41,871 nucleotides of DNA from Burkholderiaceae bacterium. GTDB lineage: Bacteria; Pseudomonadota; Gammaproteobacteria; Burkholderiales; Burkholderiaceae_E. Positions 1 through 10,899 of this stretch are shown piece by piece; the stretch's first letter is position 1, and each line of letters starts with the position of its first letter. The position numbers and the translations under genes are program-made. The stretch spans positions 1 through 41,871 of the forward strand of contig JBIKMC010000001.1 in NCBI GenBank assembly GCA_044359405.1. The letters are read 5' to 3'. The notes below the pieces were generated by a model that ran no database searches, was not told the DNA's origin, and was given only the letters and a program-made list of their open reading frames with translations.

Positions 1-575
1 ACAAGGGCCTGGCCTATGAGCCCGTTTTTGTCTCGCTGGTCAAAGATGAGCACCGGGCAGCGGATTATCAGGCGCTTAACCCGCAGGCGCTGGTGCCGGC
101 GCTGGTCGATGGTCAGCGGGTGATCAGCCAGTCGCTGGCGATCATCGAGTACCTGGATGAAACTCAGCCCGGCCCGAGACTATTACCAACCGATGCGCCT
201 GAGCGCGCAAGGGTGCGCTCACTCTCCCTGCTGGTGGCGGCCGAAATTCATCCCCTGAACAACCTGCGGGTGCTCAAGTACCTGCGCGGGCCGCTTGCGC
301 AACCCGAAGCAGCCGTCAACGACTGGTACCGGCACTGGGTTCAGGAGGGTCTCGCCGCCTACGAGCGGGAACTGACTGCGCAGCCCGGTCTTCGCTTCAG
401 TGTCGGCGATACCGTCAGTCTGGCGGATGTCTGTCTGGTGCCGCAGATTTTCAACGCCAAAAGGTTTGAGACCGACCTCAGTCCTTACCCTGCCGTCATG
501 CGGGTGTTTGACGCGTGCATGGCTCTGGAGGCATTCCAGAAGGCGCAACCCTCGGCGCAACCCGACGCCGTGTGA
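1..575 (+). CDS. maiA: maleylacetoacetate isomerase / zeta-class glutathione S-transferase, 5' end cut by window edge
   Basis: Frame is open from nt 3 to the TGA at 573-575. Translation KGLAYEPVFVSLVKDEH..ALNPQALVPALVDGQRVISQSLAIIEYLDE plus the helical C-terminal domain is typical of GST-zeta. Tracked ORF 93..575 begins at an internal GTG. Confidence 0.8.
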   Translation, partial: KGLAYEPVFVSLVKDEHRAADYQALNPQALVPALVDGQRVISQSLAIIEYLDETQPGPRLLPTDAPERARVRSLSLLVAAEIHPLNNLRVLKYLRGPLAQPEAAVNDWYRHWVQEGLAAYERELTAQPGLRFSVGDTVSLADVCLVPQIFNAKRFETDLSPYPAVMRVFDACMALEAFQKAQPSAQPDAV

Positions 576-614
576 GGCCCCCGTCCGGCGCCCCACGGCC
601 TGGCGTCGCCACTT

Positions 615-1754
615 TCAGTCCAGCAGGGCTGCTGCGAACTCCTCGGCACTGAAAGACTGGAGGTCGTCGACCCCTTCGCCCACGCCGATGAAGTAAACCG
701 GCACCGGGCGGTCTCGCCGGGTATGCGCCAAGGCGACCAGTGCGCCGCCTTTGGCCGTGCCATCAAGCTTGGTGATGATGAGACCCGTCAGGGGGCAGGC
801 CTCGTCAAAGGCACGCACCTGGGCAAGCATGTTCTGCCCGGTGTTGCCGTCCAGCACCAGTAGCGTTTCATGTGGCGCGCCGTCCATGGCCTTACCCAGC
901 ACGCGTCGAATTTTGCGCAGCTCTTCCATCAGGTGTTGCTGAGTCGGCAGCCGCCCGGCGGTATCAATGAGCACGACACCGGTGCCGCGCGCGCGGCCAG
1001 CGCTGACCGCATCGAAAGCAACCGCCCCCGGGTCACCCCCCTGCTGGGCGATGACCGCGACCCCGTTGCGCTCGCCCCATTGCGCCAGTTGTTCACGGGC
1101 TGCAGCGCGGAACGTGTCGCCGGCGGCCAGCAGCACCGACTTGCCTTCGCGCTGCAGATGTCGGGTGAGCTTGCCGATGGAGGTCGTTTTACCGGCGCCA
1201 TTGACGCCGGCGATCATGATGACCAGCGGCTCCGCGCGGTCGATGTCAAGGGGCCGCTCAAGTGGTGAAAGAAGTTCAGTGATGAGTTCGCGTAGGGCCG
1301 ACTTGACCTGGCTCGCCTGTTCGAGCTTTCGGGTGCGCACACGGTCTCGTAATTGTTCGAGAATCCATTGGGTGGTCGGAACGCCGGCATCGCTCACCAG
1401 CAGCGCCGTTTCCATCTCTTCAAACAAAGCCTCATCAATGCGTACGCCGGTAAACAGACCCGTCAGCGTGCCGCGCGTGCGGGAAAGCCCATCGCGCAGA
1501 CGCGAGAACCATGATTTTCTCTCGGTCGCTATGGGGGCCGTGTCAGCGGGGGAGTCGCGCTGTATGGACGGCGCAGGAGTCTGCGCGGCTAAGGACTGGG
1601 TCTGATCGTCTGCGGGCGGTGCCTGATCGGGTGTGCAGTGGGCCTGATCGATCGCGGTGTGGGGCTGCACCGTCGCCGGTGTCTGGACGGCCGAACTCAC
1701 CGCGGCCTTGGCCTCGGTGTCGACGGGCTTTTTTCGACGAAGGAATCCGAACAT
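615..1754 (-). CDS. ftsY: signal recognition particle receptor FtsY
   Basis: SRP-GTPase motifs GVNGAGKTTSIGKL, DTAGR and TKLDGTAKGG, with an acidic/Pro-rich N-terminal A domain. Start taken at the internal ATG (MFGFLRRKKP) rather than the ORF-track start at 1772. Confidence 0.93.
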   Translation of the reverse strand: MFGFLRRKKPVDTEAKAAVSSAVQTPATVQPHTAIDQAHCTPDQAPPADDQTQSLAAQTPAPSIQRDSPADTAPIATERKSWFSRLRDGLSRTRGTLTGLFTGVRIDEALFEEMETALLVSDAGVPTTQWILEQLRDRVRTRKLEQASQVKSALRELITELLSPLERPLDIDRAEPLVIMIAGVNGAGKTTSIGKLTRHLQREGKSVLLAAGDTFRAAAREQLAQWGERNGVAVIAQQGGDPGAVAFDAVSAGRARGTGVVLIDTAGRLPTQQHLMEELRKIRRVLGKAMDGAPHETLLVLDGNTGQNMLAQVRAFDEACPLTGLIITKLDGTAKGGALVALAHTRRDRPVPVYFIGVGEGVDDLQSFSAEEFAAALLD

Positions 1755-1797
1755 CGCTACACTCAAGCGCAATTCTAACCTTTGCCCATTCGTCGCC

Positions 1798-3165
1798 GTG
1801 CTTGTGCGTCATCTACTCGCTGTGCTCTTACTGGTGTGGCTCCTGCCGTTTGCGCAGGCGGCCGATCCGGTTGAACGTGTGCTGGAAAATGGCCTGCGCG
1901 TCATTGTCAAGCAGGATAAGCGTGCGCCGACCGCGGTCCAGCTGCTGGTCTATCGGGTGGGGTCCATCGATGAGACCAACGGCATTACCGGCGTCTCGCA
2001 CGCGCTCGAGCACATGATGTTCAAAGGAACTCGTGAAGTTCCGGCCGGTGAATTCTCCCGGCGGGTGGCTGCCATGGGTGGGCGTGAAAACGCCTTCACG
2101 TCGCGCGACTACACCGGCTATTTTCAGCAAATTCCCAAGGCCCGTCTCGCAGAGGTCATGGCGCTGGAGGCCGACCGCATGGCCAATCTGGTGATCACCG
2201 CCGACAGTTTTGAACCCGAGCGTGAGGTGGTCATTGAAGAGCGTCGCCTGCGCACCGAAGACCGCGCGCGCGCCCTCGTTTATGAACAGCTGATGGCCAG
2301 CGCGCTCAGTGCCTCACCCGCCCGACACCCGGTGATTGGCTGGATGAGCGATTTGCGCACCCTCACGGTACAGGACCTGCGTGAGTGGTATGTCCGATGG
2401 TACTCGCCGTCGAATGCTGCACTGGTGATCGCCGGTGATGTCGATCCGCAGGCGGTGTTCGAGCTTGCACAGCAGCATTACGGCCGTATCCCGGCGCGCG
2501 CTGTACCGCCGCGCAAGCTGCAGCAGGAGCCCGCGCAGCGCGGACTGCGGCAGTCCGTGGTGAAGGCGCCGGCTGACAGTCCCTATCTGCTGATGGCTTA
2601 TCGTGTGCCCAAGCTGGAGTCCATAGAAGGTGACCTCGAGCCCTACGCGCTTGAGATGCTCGCGGCGGTCCTGTCGGGGGACGATACCAGCCGGCTGGTG
2701 CGTGAGCTGGTACGAGGCTCCCAGGTGGCCGTCTCGGCTTCGGCCGGCTATGACATGAGCCAGCGCGGGCCGGGCCTGTTTACTCTGGCGGCCACGCCGG
2801 CGCGTACCCGCAGCGTCGAAGAGGTGCGCCAGGCGCTTGCGGCCCAGATTGCGCGTATCGCTGCCGAGGGTGTCAGTGAGGATGAGCTCGCGCGTATTCG
2901 CACCCAGTACCTGGCCAGTCGGGTTTATCAACGTGACTCGTTGATGTCCCAGGCCATGGAGATTGCGGGTCTTGCCGCTCTGGGTCTGGGCTGGCGCGAT
3001 GGTGAGCGCATGATCGAGCGCATCCGCGAAGTGCGCCCCGCCGACGTCCGGGCGGTCGCAGCGCGCTATTTCGCAGACGACACCCTCACCATGGTGTCGC
3101 TGGACCCACAGCCCTTGGACGGCGCGCGCAGCCCCGGTGCTTCAGCGACCCGTCTGCGGCATTGA
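1798..3165 (+). CDS. M16-family zinc metallopeptidase, catalytic subunit with signal peptide
   Basis: Inverted zinc motif HALEHMMFKG (HxxEH) and a hydrophobic leader VLVRHLLAVLLLVWLLPFAQA. GTG at 1798 chosen so the gene does not overlap ftsY; the ORF track extends to 1657. Confidence 0.85.
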   Translation: MLVRHLLAVLLLVWLLPFAQAADPVERVLENGLRVIVKQDKRAPTAVQLLVYRVGSIDETNGITGVSHALEHMMFKGTREVPAGEFSRRVAAMGGRENAFTSRDYTGYFQQIPKARLAEVMALEADRMANLVITADSFEPEREVVIEERRLRTEDRARALVYEQLMASALSASPARHPVIGWMSDLRTLTVQDLREWYVRWYSPSNAALVIAGDVDPQAVFELAQQHYGRIPARAVPPRKLQQEPAQRGLRQSVVKAPADSPYLLMAYRVPKLESIEGDLEPYALEMLAAVLSGDDTSRLVRELVRGSQVAVSASAGYDMSQRGPGLFTLAATPARTRSVEEVRQALAAQIARIAAEGVSEDELARIRTQYLASRVYQRDSLMSQAMEIAGLAALGLGWRDGERMIERIREVRPADVRAVAARYFADDTLTMVSLDPQPLDGARSPGASATRLRH

Positions 3166-3175
3166 GCAACGCACC

Positions 3176-4510
3176 ATGAACCCGGCCTTGATGAATCGCC
3201 TCTTCGCCACGTTCGCTTTCATGCTCGGCTTGAGTTGGCTGAATCCGGCCTGGGCGGTACTGCCCATTGAGCGATGGACCAGCCCATCCGGTGCGCGTGT
3301 GCTCTTCGTCAAGGCTGAAGCCATTCCCATGCTCGACATCGTAGTCGACGTCGATGCCGGTGGTTGGCTGGTTCCTGAGGGCCGGCAGGGGCTGGCATCG
3401 CTCACCGCCAGCCTGCTCGATGCGGGTAGTGCCGATATGAATGAGGCGGCCATTGCCGAGGCCTTTGCCCGCATCGGAGCCCTGCGCGGGGCTGGGGCCA
3501 GCGACGATCGCGCCAGTGTCAGCCTGCGCACCCTCACCAGTGAACCCGAACTGACGCGGGCAGTCGAGTTGACGGCCCGATTGTTGGCGCAACCGAGTTT
3601 TCCCGAGGCGGTGCTTGAACGCGAGAAGTCGCGCCTGTCCACGCAGCTGCGCGAATCGCAGACCCGACCCGAGACTATCGTGTCGCGCGAATTCAATGCC
3701 GCGGTCTACGGCACGCATCCCTACGGCCGGCATGCCACGCCCGAGACCGTGCAGGCCATCACCCGAGACGATCTGATCTCTTTTCATCGACGTCATTACG
3801 GCGCGTCGCGTGCGGTGGTCGTGATGATCGGCAACATCAGCGCCGAACGTGCCCGCGAGATCGCCGATGCGCTGACGCGTGGCCTGCCAGCCGGAGAAGC
3901 CGCGCCCCAGCGTCCCCCCCTGCCGGGTATTAGCAAGGGTGAAATCAGGCGTATTGCGCATCCCGCTTCCCAAAGCCATATCCGTATCGGGCTGGCGGCC
4001 ATCGCACGCGGAGACCCGGACTTTTTCGCGCTACAGGTCGGCAACTATGTGCTGGGCGGTGGCGGTTTCGTGTCCAGGCTGTACAACGAGGTGCGCGAAA
4101 AACGCGGCCTGGCCTACAGCGTGTATTCGTATTTCTCGCCGATGGCGCAGCCGGGTCCATTCACGATCGGTTTGCAGACGCGCAAAGAGCAGACCGAGTT
4201 GGCTTTGCAGGTCATTGATGAAACCCTGCAGCGCTTCCTGAATGAGGGCCCCACCGAAGCCGAAGTAATCGCCGCCAAAGCCAACCTGGTGGGCGGCTTT
4301 CCTCTGCGGATCGACTCCAATCGAAAGATTCTCGATCAGTTGGTAGTCATCGGCGTTCACGACTTGCCGCTTGACTGGCTGGAGCGCTGGCCGCAGCGCA
4401 TTGAGGCGGTCACGGTGGCCGATGTTCGGCAAGCCTTTGCGCGTCACGTGAAGCCGCAAGCCCTGTCGACCGTTGTGGTCGGTGCGCCGGCTGCTGCTGC
4501 CCGGCCTTGA
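3176..4510 (+). CDS. M16-family peptidase-like protein lacking the HxxEH motif (probable non-catalytic partner)
   Basis: M16 fold-like sequence directly downstream of the catalytic paralog. Signal peptide MNPALMNRLFATFAFMLGLSWLNPAWA. The position equivalent to HxxEH reads LTASLLDAG. ATG at 3176 lies 8 nt after the upstream stop. Confidence 0.82.
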   Translation: MNPALMNRLFATFAFMLGLSWLNPAWAVLPIERWTSPSGARVLFVKAEAIPMLDIVVDVDAGGWLVPEGRQGLASLTASLLDAGSADMNEAAIAEAFARIGALRGAGASDDRASVSLRTLTSEPELTRAVELTARLLAQPSFPEAVLEREKSRLSTQLRESQTRPETIVSREFNAAVYGTHPYGRHATPETVQAITRDDLISFHRRHYGASRAVVVMIGNISAERAREIADALTRGLPAGEAAPQRPPLPGISKGEIRRIAHPASQSHIRIGLAAIARGDPDFFALQVGNYVLGGGGFVSRLYNEVREKRGLAYSVYSYFSPMAQPGPFTIGLQTRKEQTELALQVIDETLQRFLNEGPTEAEVIAAKANLVGGFPLRIDSNRKILDQLVVIGVHDLPLDWLERWPQRIEAVTVADVRQAFARHVKPQALSTVVVGAPAAAARP

Positions 4511-4517
4511 GCACTCA

Positions 4518-5119
4518 GTGGCCTTGAGCGCCAGCCGTCCCCGACCCGCGCAAGTTCGCATTGTTGGGGGTCAATGGAGGCGCACGCTGCTGTCGGTGGT
4601 TGATGTGCCGGGGCTCAGACCGACGCCCGATCGGGTGCGCGAAACTCTCTTCAATTGGCTGGGGCAGTCACTCGGTGGCTGGTCATGTCTGGACTTGTTT
4701 GCTGGCACGGGTGCGCTGGGCCTTGAGGCGGCCTCGCGCGGAGCCGAGCGTGTGGTTCTGGTTGAAAGTCACCGCACGGCCGCGATCGCGATTCGCGCGG
4801 CGATTGTCCGTCTCAAGGCCGAGTCACGGGTCAGCCTGATTGAGGGCGATGCGATGACCGCGGTGGCGGCGCTACTCGGTCGCGGTGAGCGTTTCGATTT
4901 GATTTTGCTGGACCCGCCCTTTCGCCAAGCCTGGATCGAGCGTGTGACACCAAGGCTGCCTGCGCTTCTGAATTCGCGCGGCCTGGTCTATGTCGAGGCT
5001 GAGCACGCGCTTGCGTCGCCCGAGGGTTTTGAGTCGCTGCGTCATGGTCGTGCGGGCGAGGTCCATTATCATTTGTGGCGCAGCCTCTCTGAGGCGTCCC
5101 TTGCAGGAGTGCGCAACCC

Positions 5120-5123
<4 letters not shown>
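4518..5123 (+). CDS. rsmD: 16S rRNA (guanine966-N2)-methyltransferase RsmD
   Basis: [13 protein letters not shown]-terminus, SAM-binding [19 protein letters not shown] and the DPPF motif (LLDPPFRQ). Start uncertain: GTG 4518 or the ORF-track start 4473, which overlaps the preceding gene. Confidence 0.8.
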
Positions 5124-5919
<796 letters not shown>

Positions 5920-5957
5920 GGCCATGGTGCGGCGGCGTTCGCGAGGATTGTTCACAT

Positions 5958-7061
5958 ATGGAATTTAAAGCCGCAGTGCTGCATCAGGTGGGCTCGCCGC
6001 TCGTGGTGCAGACCGTTCGTCTAGAGGCCCTGGGGCCGGGTGATGTGCTCATCCGCAACCATGCCAGCGGACTGTGCCACACCGACCTTGAGGTCATGCA
6101 GGGAAGCCTCGCCTATCCCCTGCCCATTGTGCTGGGGCATGAAGGCGCCGGTGTCGTTGAGGCGGTAGGCAGCGACGTCAGTCGCGTCAAGCCTGGCGAT
6201 CATGTCATCGCCTCCTGGAACCCGCATTGCGGGCACTGCTTTTACTGCGAGCGCGATCAGCCGGTGTTGTGCGAACCGTTTACCCGGCATCAGCCTGCCG
6301 GCCACCTGCTCGATGGCCGCTCGCGCCTCACGGTCGACGGAGCCAAGCTGCACCATTTCTCGGTGGTGTCATCGCATGCCGAATACTCGATCCTGCCCGA
6401 AAGTGGTGCGATTGCCGTGCCTGCAGGCATACCCTTTGATCGCGCCTGCCTGATCGGCTGCGGCGTCATGACCGGAGTGGGGGCAGTGGTGCGGCTGGCC
6501 CGACTCGAGGCCGGCGCCACGGCGGCCATTGTGGGTTGCGGAGCGGTCGGTCTTAACGCCATTCAAGGTGCCCGTATTCAGTCTGCCGGTCGCATCATTG
6601 CCATCGATCGCGACCCAGCAAGGCTTGAGACCGCGCGTCGATTCGGTGCCACCGATCTGATTCTGGCTAATGAGAATGCGCTTTCGGCAGTGCGCGAGCT
6701 TACGTCGGGGCGAGGTGCCGATGCCACCTTTGAGTCAGCCGGCGCTGAGGCCGCCCTGCAGCTGTCGCTTGAGATCACCCGCCCGGGTGGTCAGCTGGTC
6801 ATTCTTGGCAAGACCAATGTTGATCGCAAGGTCAGCCTTCGCTTCGGCTCGCTCATGGGTGAAAAGCGTATCGTGCGTTCGTCATATGGCGGTGCCCGCC
6901 CACGCCGTGACTTTCCGTGGCTTGCCCAGCGTTATCTCGATGGCACGCTCCTGCTTGATGAGCTGATCGATCTGAGGCTTTCCCTCGCGGATATCAACCA
7001 GGGTTTTGATGCCATGCAGCGAGGCAATGTGGTTCGTGCCGTGGTGATGATGCATGGCTAG
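5958..7061 (+). CDS. zinc-dependent alcohol dehydrogenase (MDR superfamily, class III-like)
   Basis: Catalytic Zn motif GLCHTDL, GHEGAGVVEAVG, structural Zn loop CGHCFYCERDQPVLC and NAD Rossmann motif VGCGAVGL. Confidence 0.85.
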   Translation: MEFKAAVLHQVGSPLVVQTVRLEALGPGDVLIRNHASGLCHTDLEVMQGSLAYPLPIVLGHEGAGVVEAVGSDVSRVKPGDHVIASWNPHCGHCFYCERDQPVLCEPFTRHQPAGHLLDGRSRLTVDGAKLHHFSVVSSHAEYSILPESGAIAVPAGIPFDRACLIGCGVMTGVGAVVRLARLEAGATAAIVGCGAVGLNAIQGARIQSAGRIIAIDRDPARLETARRFGATDLILANENALSAVRELTSGRGADATFESAGAEAALQLSLEITRPGGQLVILGKTNVDRKVSLRFGSLMGEKRIVRSSYGGARPRRDFPWLAQRYLDGTLLLDELIDLRLSLADINQGFDAMQRGNVVRAVVMMHG

Positions 7062-7112
7062 AGGTCGACGCGATCAGGCCCCGGGCTGGCCTCAGGTTGG
7101 CGTGCGCGGCTC

Positions 7113-8162
7113 ATGAGCACGGCGCCTGTGATGCAGCCCCTGCGCCATCCACCGATGGCGGCCGGCTGGATTGATCGACCGCATCATCAGCTGGCGTTAG
7201 GCGACTTCCCGCTTGAGACTGGCGAACTCTTGCGTGATGGGTCTCTGATCTGGGTTGAGCACGGGGCGCGTAATCCCCGGGGTGATAACACGGTGCTGGT
7301 GTGCTGTGCGATTGGCAGCACGCATCACCGGCTTGATTTTCTGATCGGACCGCAGCGCTGTCTGGATACCGACCGCTTTCATGTGATCGTGATCGACGCC
7401 TTGGGCAATGGGCTTTCCTCTTCGCCTTCCAACAGCGTGCATCAGCCGGCGGCGAGCTTTCCGCGCATCAGCATTCGCGATATGGTCAACAGTCAGCGCC
7501 GCTTGCTTGAGCAACTGGGCATAGCGCAGCTGCAGGCGGTGGTTGGGGCCTCCATGGGAGGCATGCAGGCCTTGCAGTGGGCCGTGAGCTATCCCGAGCT
7601 TGTGCACCGGGTGATCGCCATGACGCCCATGGCGCGTACAAGTCGCTGGTCGCAACTGGTCAATGAGCTGGGGCGGCGTGCGCTGTTTTCAGATGCGGCC
7701 TGCACGCAGCCGCGCGCACGGGCGGATGCCATGAGACTGTGGGTGCCCTTGGCCCAGCTGATCGTTCCGTCCAGCCCGCAGGCGCTCGAAGACTTTGCCA
7801 GCGAGTCGGCGTTGCACGACTGGCTGGATGAGAAATCATCCTGGTTCGCCCAGTATGGACCCGACCCCTTTGACTGGCTTGCACAGACCCGAGCCTATGA
7901 CGCCCATGACCTGGGTGGTACGCCAGGTTTTGGGGGTGATACGGCAAAGGCCTTGGCGGCCATTCGCGCGCGAACCCTGGTGCTCGCGCCTGAGCTCGAT
8001 GTTTACAATCCCGGATGGTCGGCCCGGGCGGCGACGCAGGCCATACCGGGTGCGCGTTTCGAGCTCATTCCGTCAGATCGGGGCCATCAGGCGGCCAGCG
8101 GCGTGCGCGCTGCAGACATTGCCTGGCTCGATGCCCAGATCGGTGCCTTCCTGCGGGCCTGA
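7113..8162 (+). CDS. alpha/beta hydrolase of the homoserine O-acetyltransferase (MetX)-like family
   Basis: Nucleophile elbow GASMGGMQALQWA. Candidate Asp (PELDVYNP) and His (SDRGHQAAS) of a triad. Overall MetX-like layout; substrate unknown. Confidence 0.72.
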   Translation: MSTAPVMQPLRHPPMAAGWIDRPHHQLALGDFPLETGELLRDGSLIWVEHGARNPRGDNTVLVCCAIGSTHHRLDFLIGPQRCLDTDRFHVIVIDALGNGLSSSPSNSVHQPAASFPRISIRDMVNSQRRLLEQLGIAQLQAVVGASMGGMQALQWAVSYPELVHRVIAMTPMARTSRWSQLVNELGRRALFSDAACTQPRARADAMRLWVPLAQLIVPSSPQALEDFASESALHDWLDEKSSWFAQYGPDPFDWLAQTRAYDAHDLGGTPGFGGDTAKALAAIRARTLVLAPELDVYNPGWSARAATQAIPGARFELIPSDRGHQAASGVRAADIAWLDAQIGAFLRA

Positions 8163-8346
8163 GGCCATCTAGGTAGACCCGAACGACCCTGTGATGGCCT
8201 ATGCTGGATCAGGGGCCGCACCCATGCCCGGCCAACGGAGCCGACCCTGCGGGCATCGATTCGCTGCCCGGGCTGTGCTTGCGGCACAATCTCGCATTCG
8301 CTGGTTCGGTTTGGGCGGCCGGCACGTATGTTCAAGGATGCTCACT

Positions 8347-9816
8347 ATGCAACTGGATCTGGTGATTCGAGGGGGTTCCGTCGTCAATGCGGATGGCGCC
8401 GTGCTGGCCGACGTGGGTATTTCCGGTGAACGAATCGTGGCCATTGGCTCGGGGCTTACCCAGGGTCGGCGCGAAATCGACGCGCGCGGCAAGCTGGTGA
8501 TGCCGGGCGGTGTCGACAGCCACTGCCACATTGAACAGGTCTCATCGTTCGGCATCATGTGTGCCGACGATTTCCATTCCGCAACCGTATCGGCGGCGTT
8601 TGGTGGCACGACCACGGTCATTCCGTTCTGTGCCCAGCATCGCAATGACCATATTCCCGAGGTGCTGGCTGACTACCATCGTCGCGCCGCTGAAAAGGCC
8701 GTCATCGATTACGGCTTTCACCTGATCGTGGCCAATCCCGATGAGCAGACCATTGGCGCCGATCTACCAGCCGCCATTGAAACGGGCGTACGGTCGTTCA
8801 AGATCTTCATGACCTACGACCGCATGCGTCTGCATGATGAGCAGATCCTCGACGTGCTCGCCACCGCACGTGCGCACGGTGCCCTCACCATGGTGCATGC
8901 CGAAAACCACGGCATGATCAGCTGGTTGGCCGGCAAGATGGTGGGCGCGGGCAATGTTGCACCCCGTTACCACGCGATCTGCCACACGCGATCGTCCGAG
9001 GCTGAGGCCATCAACCGCGTGATTGCGCTGGCTGAACTCGTCGACACCCCCATTCTGATCGTGCATGTCAGCACCATTGAGGGCGTGGCCGCCATTCGGG
9101 CCGCGCGGGCGCGGGGCGTGAAGGTATACGGTGAAACCTGTCCGCAGTATCTGTTTCTGACGGGCGCCGATATTGACCGCGGGCTTGAGGGCGCGATGTT
9201 CTGCTGCTCGCCGCCGCCGCGCGATGAGGCTGCGCAGCAGGCCTGCTGGACCGGGCTCAAGGACGGCTCGCTCGCGGTTTATTCATCCGATCATGCGCCG
9301 TATCGCTATGACGCCAGCGGCAAGCTGCCCAAGGGTGAGAAAACCACTTTCAAAGAGATGGCCAACGGCGTCCCCGGGCTCGAATTGCGGTTGCCGCTTC
9401 TCTTTACTTACGGCGTCGGCGAGGGGCGCCTGAGCCTGGGCGAATTCGTTCAACTCACGGCCACGCGCCACGCCGATATCTATGGCCTGCCGCAAAAGGG
9501 GCGCATCGCGATTGGTGCTGATGCCGACATCGCCATCTGGGACCCGCAACGTGAAATGACGGTCGATGCTGACCTGCTGCACGACAACACCGGCTACACC
9601 CCCTACACCGGGCGCAAGATCCGTGGTTGGCCCGTCATCGTCACCTCGCGGGGTGAGGTCATCATCGATCAGCTGGCGGCTCCTGGGCAGATCAGTGCCG
9701 CCCGCGGGCGTGGACGCTTTCTGGCGCGGCAACGTTCTGACGCGCTGCAGCCGGCTGGGCAGGACATCACCGAAATGGCCCAGCTCAAGGCCTGGGGTAC
9801 GCCACTGCCGCGTTGA
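8347..9816 (+). CDS. D-hydantoinase / dihydropyrimidinase (cyclic amidohydrolase)
   Basis: Amidohydrolase metal ligands GGVDSHCHI (HxH), FKIFMTY (carbamylated Lys position), VHAENH, HVSTIEG and SSDHAP (Asp). ATG 8347 (MQLDLVIRGG) has AAGGA 9 nt upstream. The ORF-track N-terminal 52 aa look non-coding. Confidence 0.9.
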   Translation: MQLDLVIRGGSVVNADGAVLADVGISGERIVAIGSGLTQGRREIDARGKLVMPGGVDSHCHIEQVSSFGIMCADDFHSATVSAAFGGTTTVIPFCAQHRNDHIPEVLADYHRRAAEKAVIDYGFHLIVANPDEQTIGADLPAAIETGVRSFKIFMTYDRMRLHDEQILDVLATARAHGALTMVHAENHGMISWLAGKMVGAGNVAPRYHAICHTRSSEAEAINRVIALAELVDTPILIVHVSTIEGVAAIRAARARGVKVYGETCPQYLFLTGADIDRGLEGAMFCCSPPPRDEAAQQACWTGLKDGSLAVYSSDHAPYRYDASGKLPKGEKTTFKEMANGVPGLELRLPLLFTYGVGEGRLSLGEFVQLTATRHADIYGLPQKGRIAIGADADIAIWDPQREMTVDADLLHDNTGYTPYTGRKIRGWPVIVTSRGEVIIDQLAAPGQISAARGRGRFLARQRSDALQPAGQDITEMAQLKAWGTPLPR

Positions 9817-9918
9817 TGATGGTCGCGTGCGCCACCGTGTTGCTCGCGATCCTGTCGAGTCGTGACGGGGCATCGCTAGGCCATTCGCACTTGTGAATCC
9901 ACCAAGGACATTGCTGAC

Positions 9919-10866
9919 ATGACCCGAAAACTGCATCTTGCGGCCGCCCAGCTGGGGCCAGTGAATCTGGCCGATAGTCGCGCCGTGATGGTTGATCGGC
10001 TGCGTGCCCTGCTCGCCCAGGCGCATTCACGGGGCGTGCGTTTCGTCGTGTTTCCTGAGCTTGCGCTCACCACCTTTTTTCCGCGTTACTGGTTTGACAG
10101 CCAACAGGAAGTCGATGAACGATTTTTTGAGCGCAGCATGCCCTCACCGGTGACGCAGCCGTTGTTTGATGACGCGCGCCGCTATGGCATTGGTTTTTAC
10201 CTGGGCTATGCCGAGCTGACTGAAATCGACGGCCAGACCCGTCGCTTCAACACCGCTATTTTGGTGTCGCCCTCAGGCGAAATCGTTGGCAAGTACCGCA
10301 AGGTTCATCTGCCTGGACATGCCGATCACAAGCCACAGGCCGCCTTCCAGCACCTTGAAAAAAAATACTTTGAGGTGGGCGACCTGGGTTTTCGCACCTG
10401 GCGCATGCAGGATGCCATCATGGGCATGCTCATCTGCAACGACAGGCGCTGGCCCGAGGCGTTTCGCGCGCTCACCCTGCAGGGGGCCGAGCTGATCACC
10501 CTGGGCTTTAATACGCCCACCGAGAATCTGCACTATCCTGAGCCACCGGCGCTTCGGGTGCACCACCATCTCATCATGGCGCAGGCCATGGCGTTCATGA
10601 ATGCCACCTGGCTGGTTGAAACTGCCAAGTGCGGTTTTGAGGACGGTTTCCGTATGTTTGGTCATTCGGTTATCGTGGCGCCTACCGGAGAGATTGTGGC
10701 CAAGACCGTGGGAGAGGATGACGAACTCATCAGCTACGATGCGGACCTCGACCTTGCGCAGAACCTTAAAAAAACCATGTTTAACTACGCCGCCCACCGT
10801 AGGCCCGAGCACTACCGAATCCTGATTGAGCGTGTGGGGGTGGAGGTCACCCCGCACAACGGCTGA
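9919..10866 (+). CDS. N-carbamoyl-D-amino-acid hydrolase (D-carbamoylase, nitrilase superfamily)
   Basis: Glu-Lys-Cys triad contexts FPELALTTFFPR, GKYRKVHLPG and ICNDRRWPE. These are near-identical to the remembered Agrobacterium D-carbamoylase motifs. 315 aa. Confidence 0.9.
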   Translation: MTRKLHLAAAQLGPVNLADSRAVMVDRLRALLAQAHSRGVRFVVFPELALTTFFPRYWFDSQQEVDERFFERSMPSPVTQPLFDDARRYGIGFYLGYAELTEIDGQTRRFNTAILVSPSGEIVGKYRKVHLPGHADHKPQAAFQHLEKKYFEVGDLGFRTWRMQDAIMGMLICNDRRWPEAFRALTLQGAELITLGFNTPTENLHYPEPPALRVHHHLIMAQAMAFMNATWLVETAKCGFEDGFRMFGHSVIVAPTGEIVAKTVGEDDELISYDADLDLAQNLKKTMFNYAAHRRPEHYRILIERVGVEVTPHNG

Positions 10867-10883
10867 GCGCCCCATCTGGGTGC

Positions 10884-10899
10884 GGGCACGAGGTTTGCA
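10884..10899 (+). promoter_or_regulatory. candidate sigma54 (-24/-12) promoter upstream of the ABC substrate-binding gene
   Basis: gGGCACGaggtTTGCA matches TGGCACG-N4-TTGCW at every position except the first T, with correct GG/GC spacing. It lies 18 nt after the carbamoylase stop and 60 nt before ATG 10959. Confidence 0.6.

Noticed and set aside
1657-1797. N-terminal 47 codons of the tracked 502-aa M16 ORF
   Set aside because: They would overlap the ftsY start region on the other strand and precede the obvious signal peptide. The in-frame GTG at 1798 is more plausible.
3086-3979. 297-aa minus-strand ORF antisense to the second M16 peptidase gene
   Set aside because: No motifs are visible, and the plus-strand frame has a signal peptide and M16-like sequence.
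8283-8300. GGCAC-aatct-CGCA upstream of the hydantoinase gene, resembling a sigma54 promoter
   Set aside because: The GC dinucleotide of the -12 element is one nucleotide too close to the -24 GG, and the TTGC core is not matched. This is much weaker than the 10884-10899 site.
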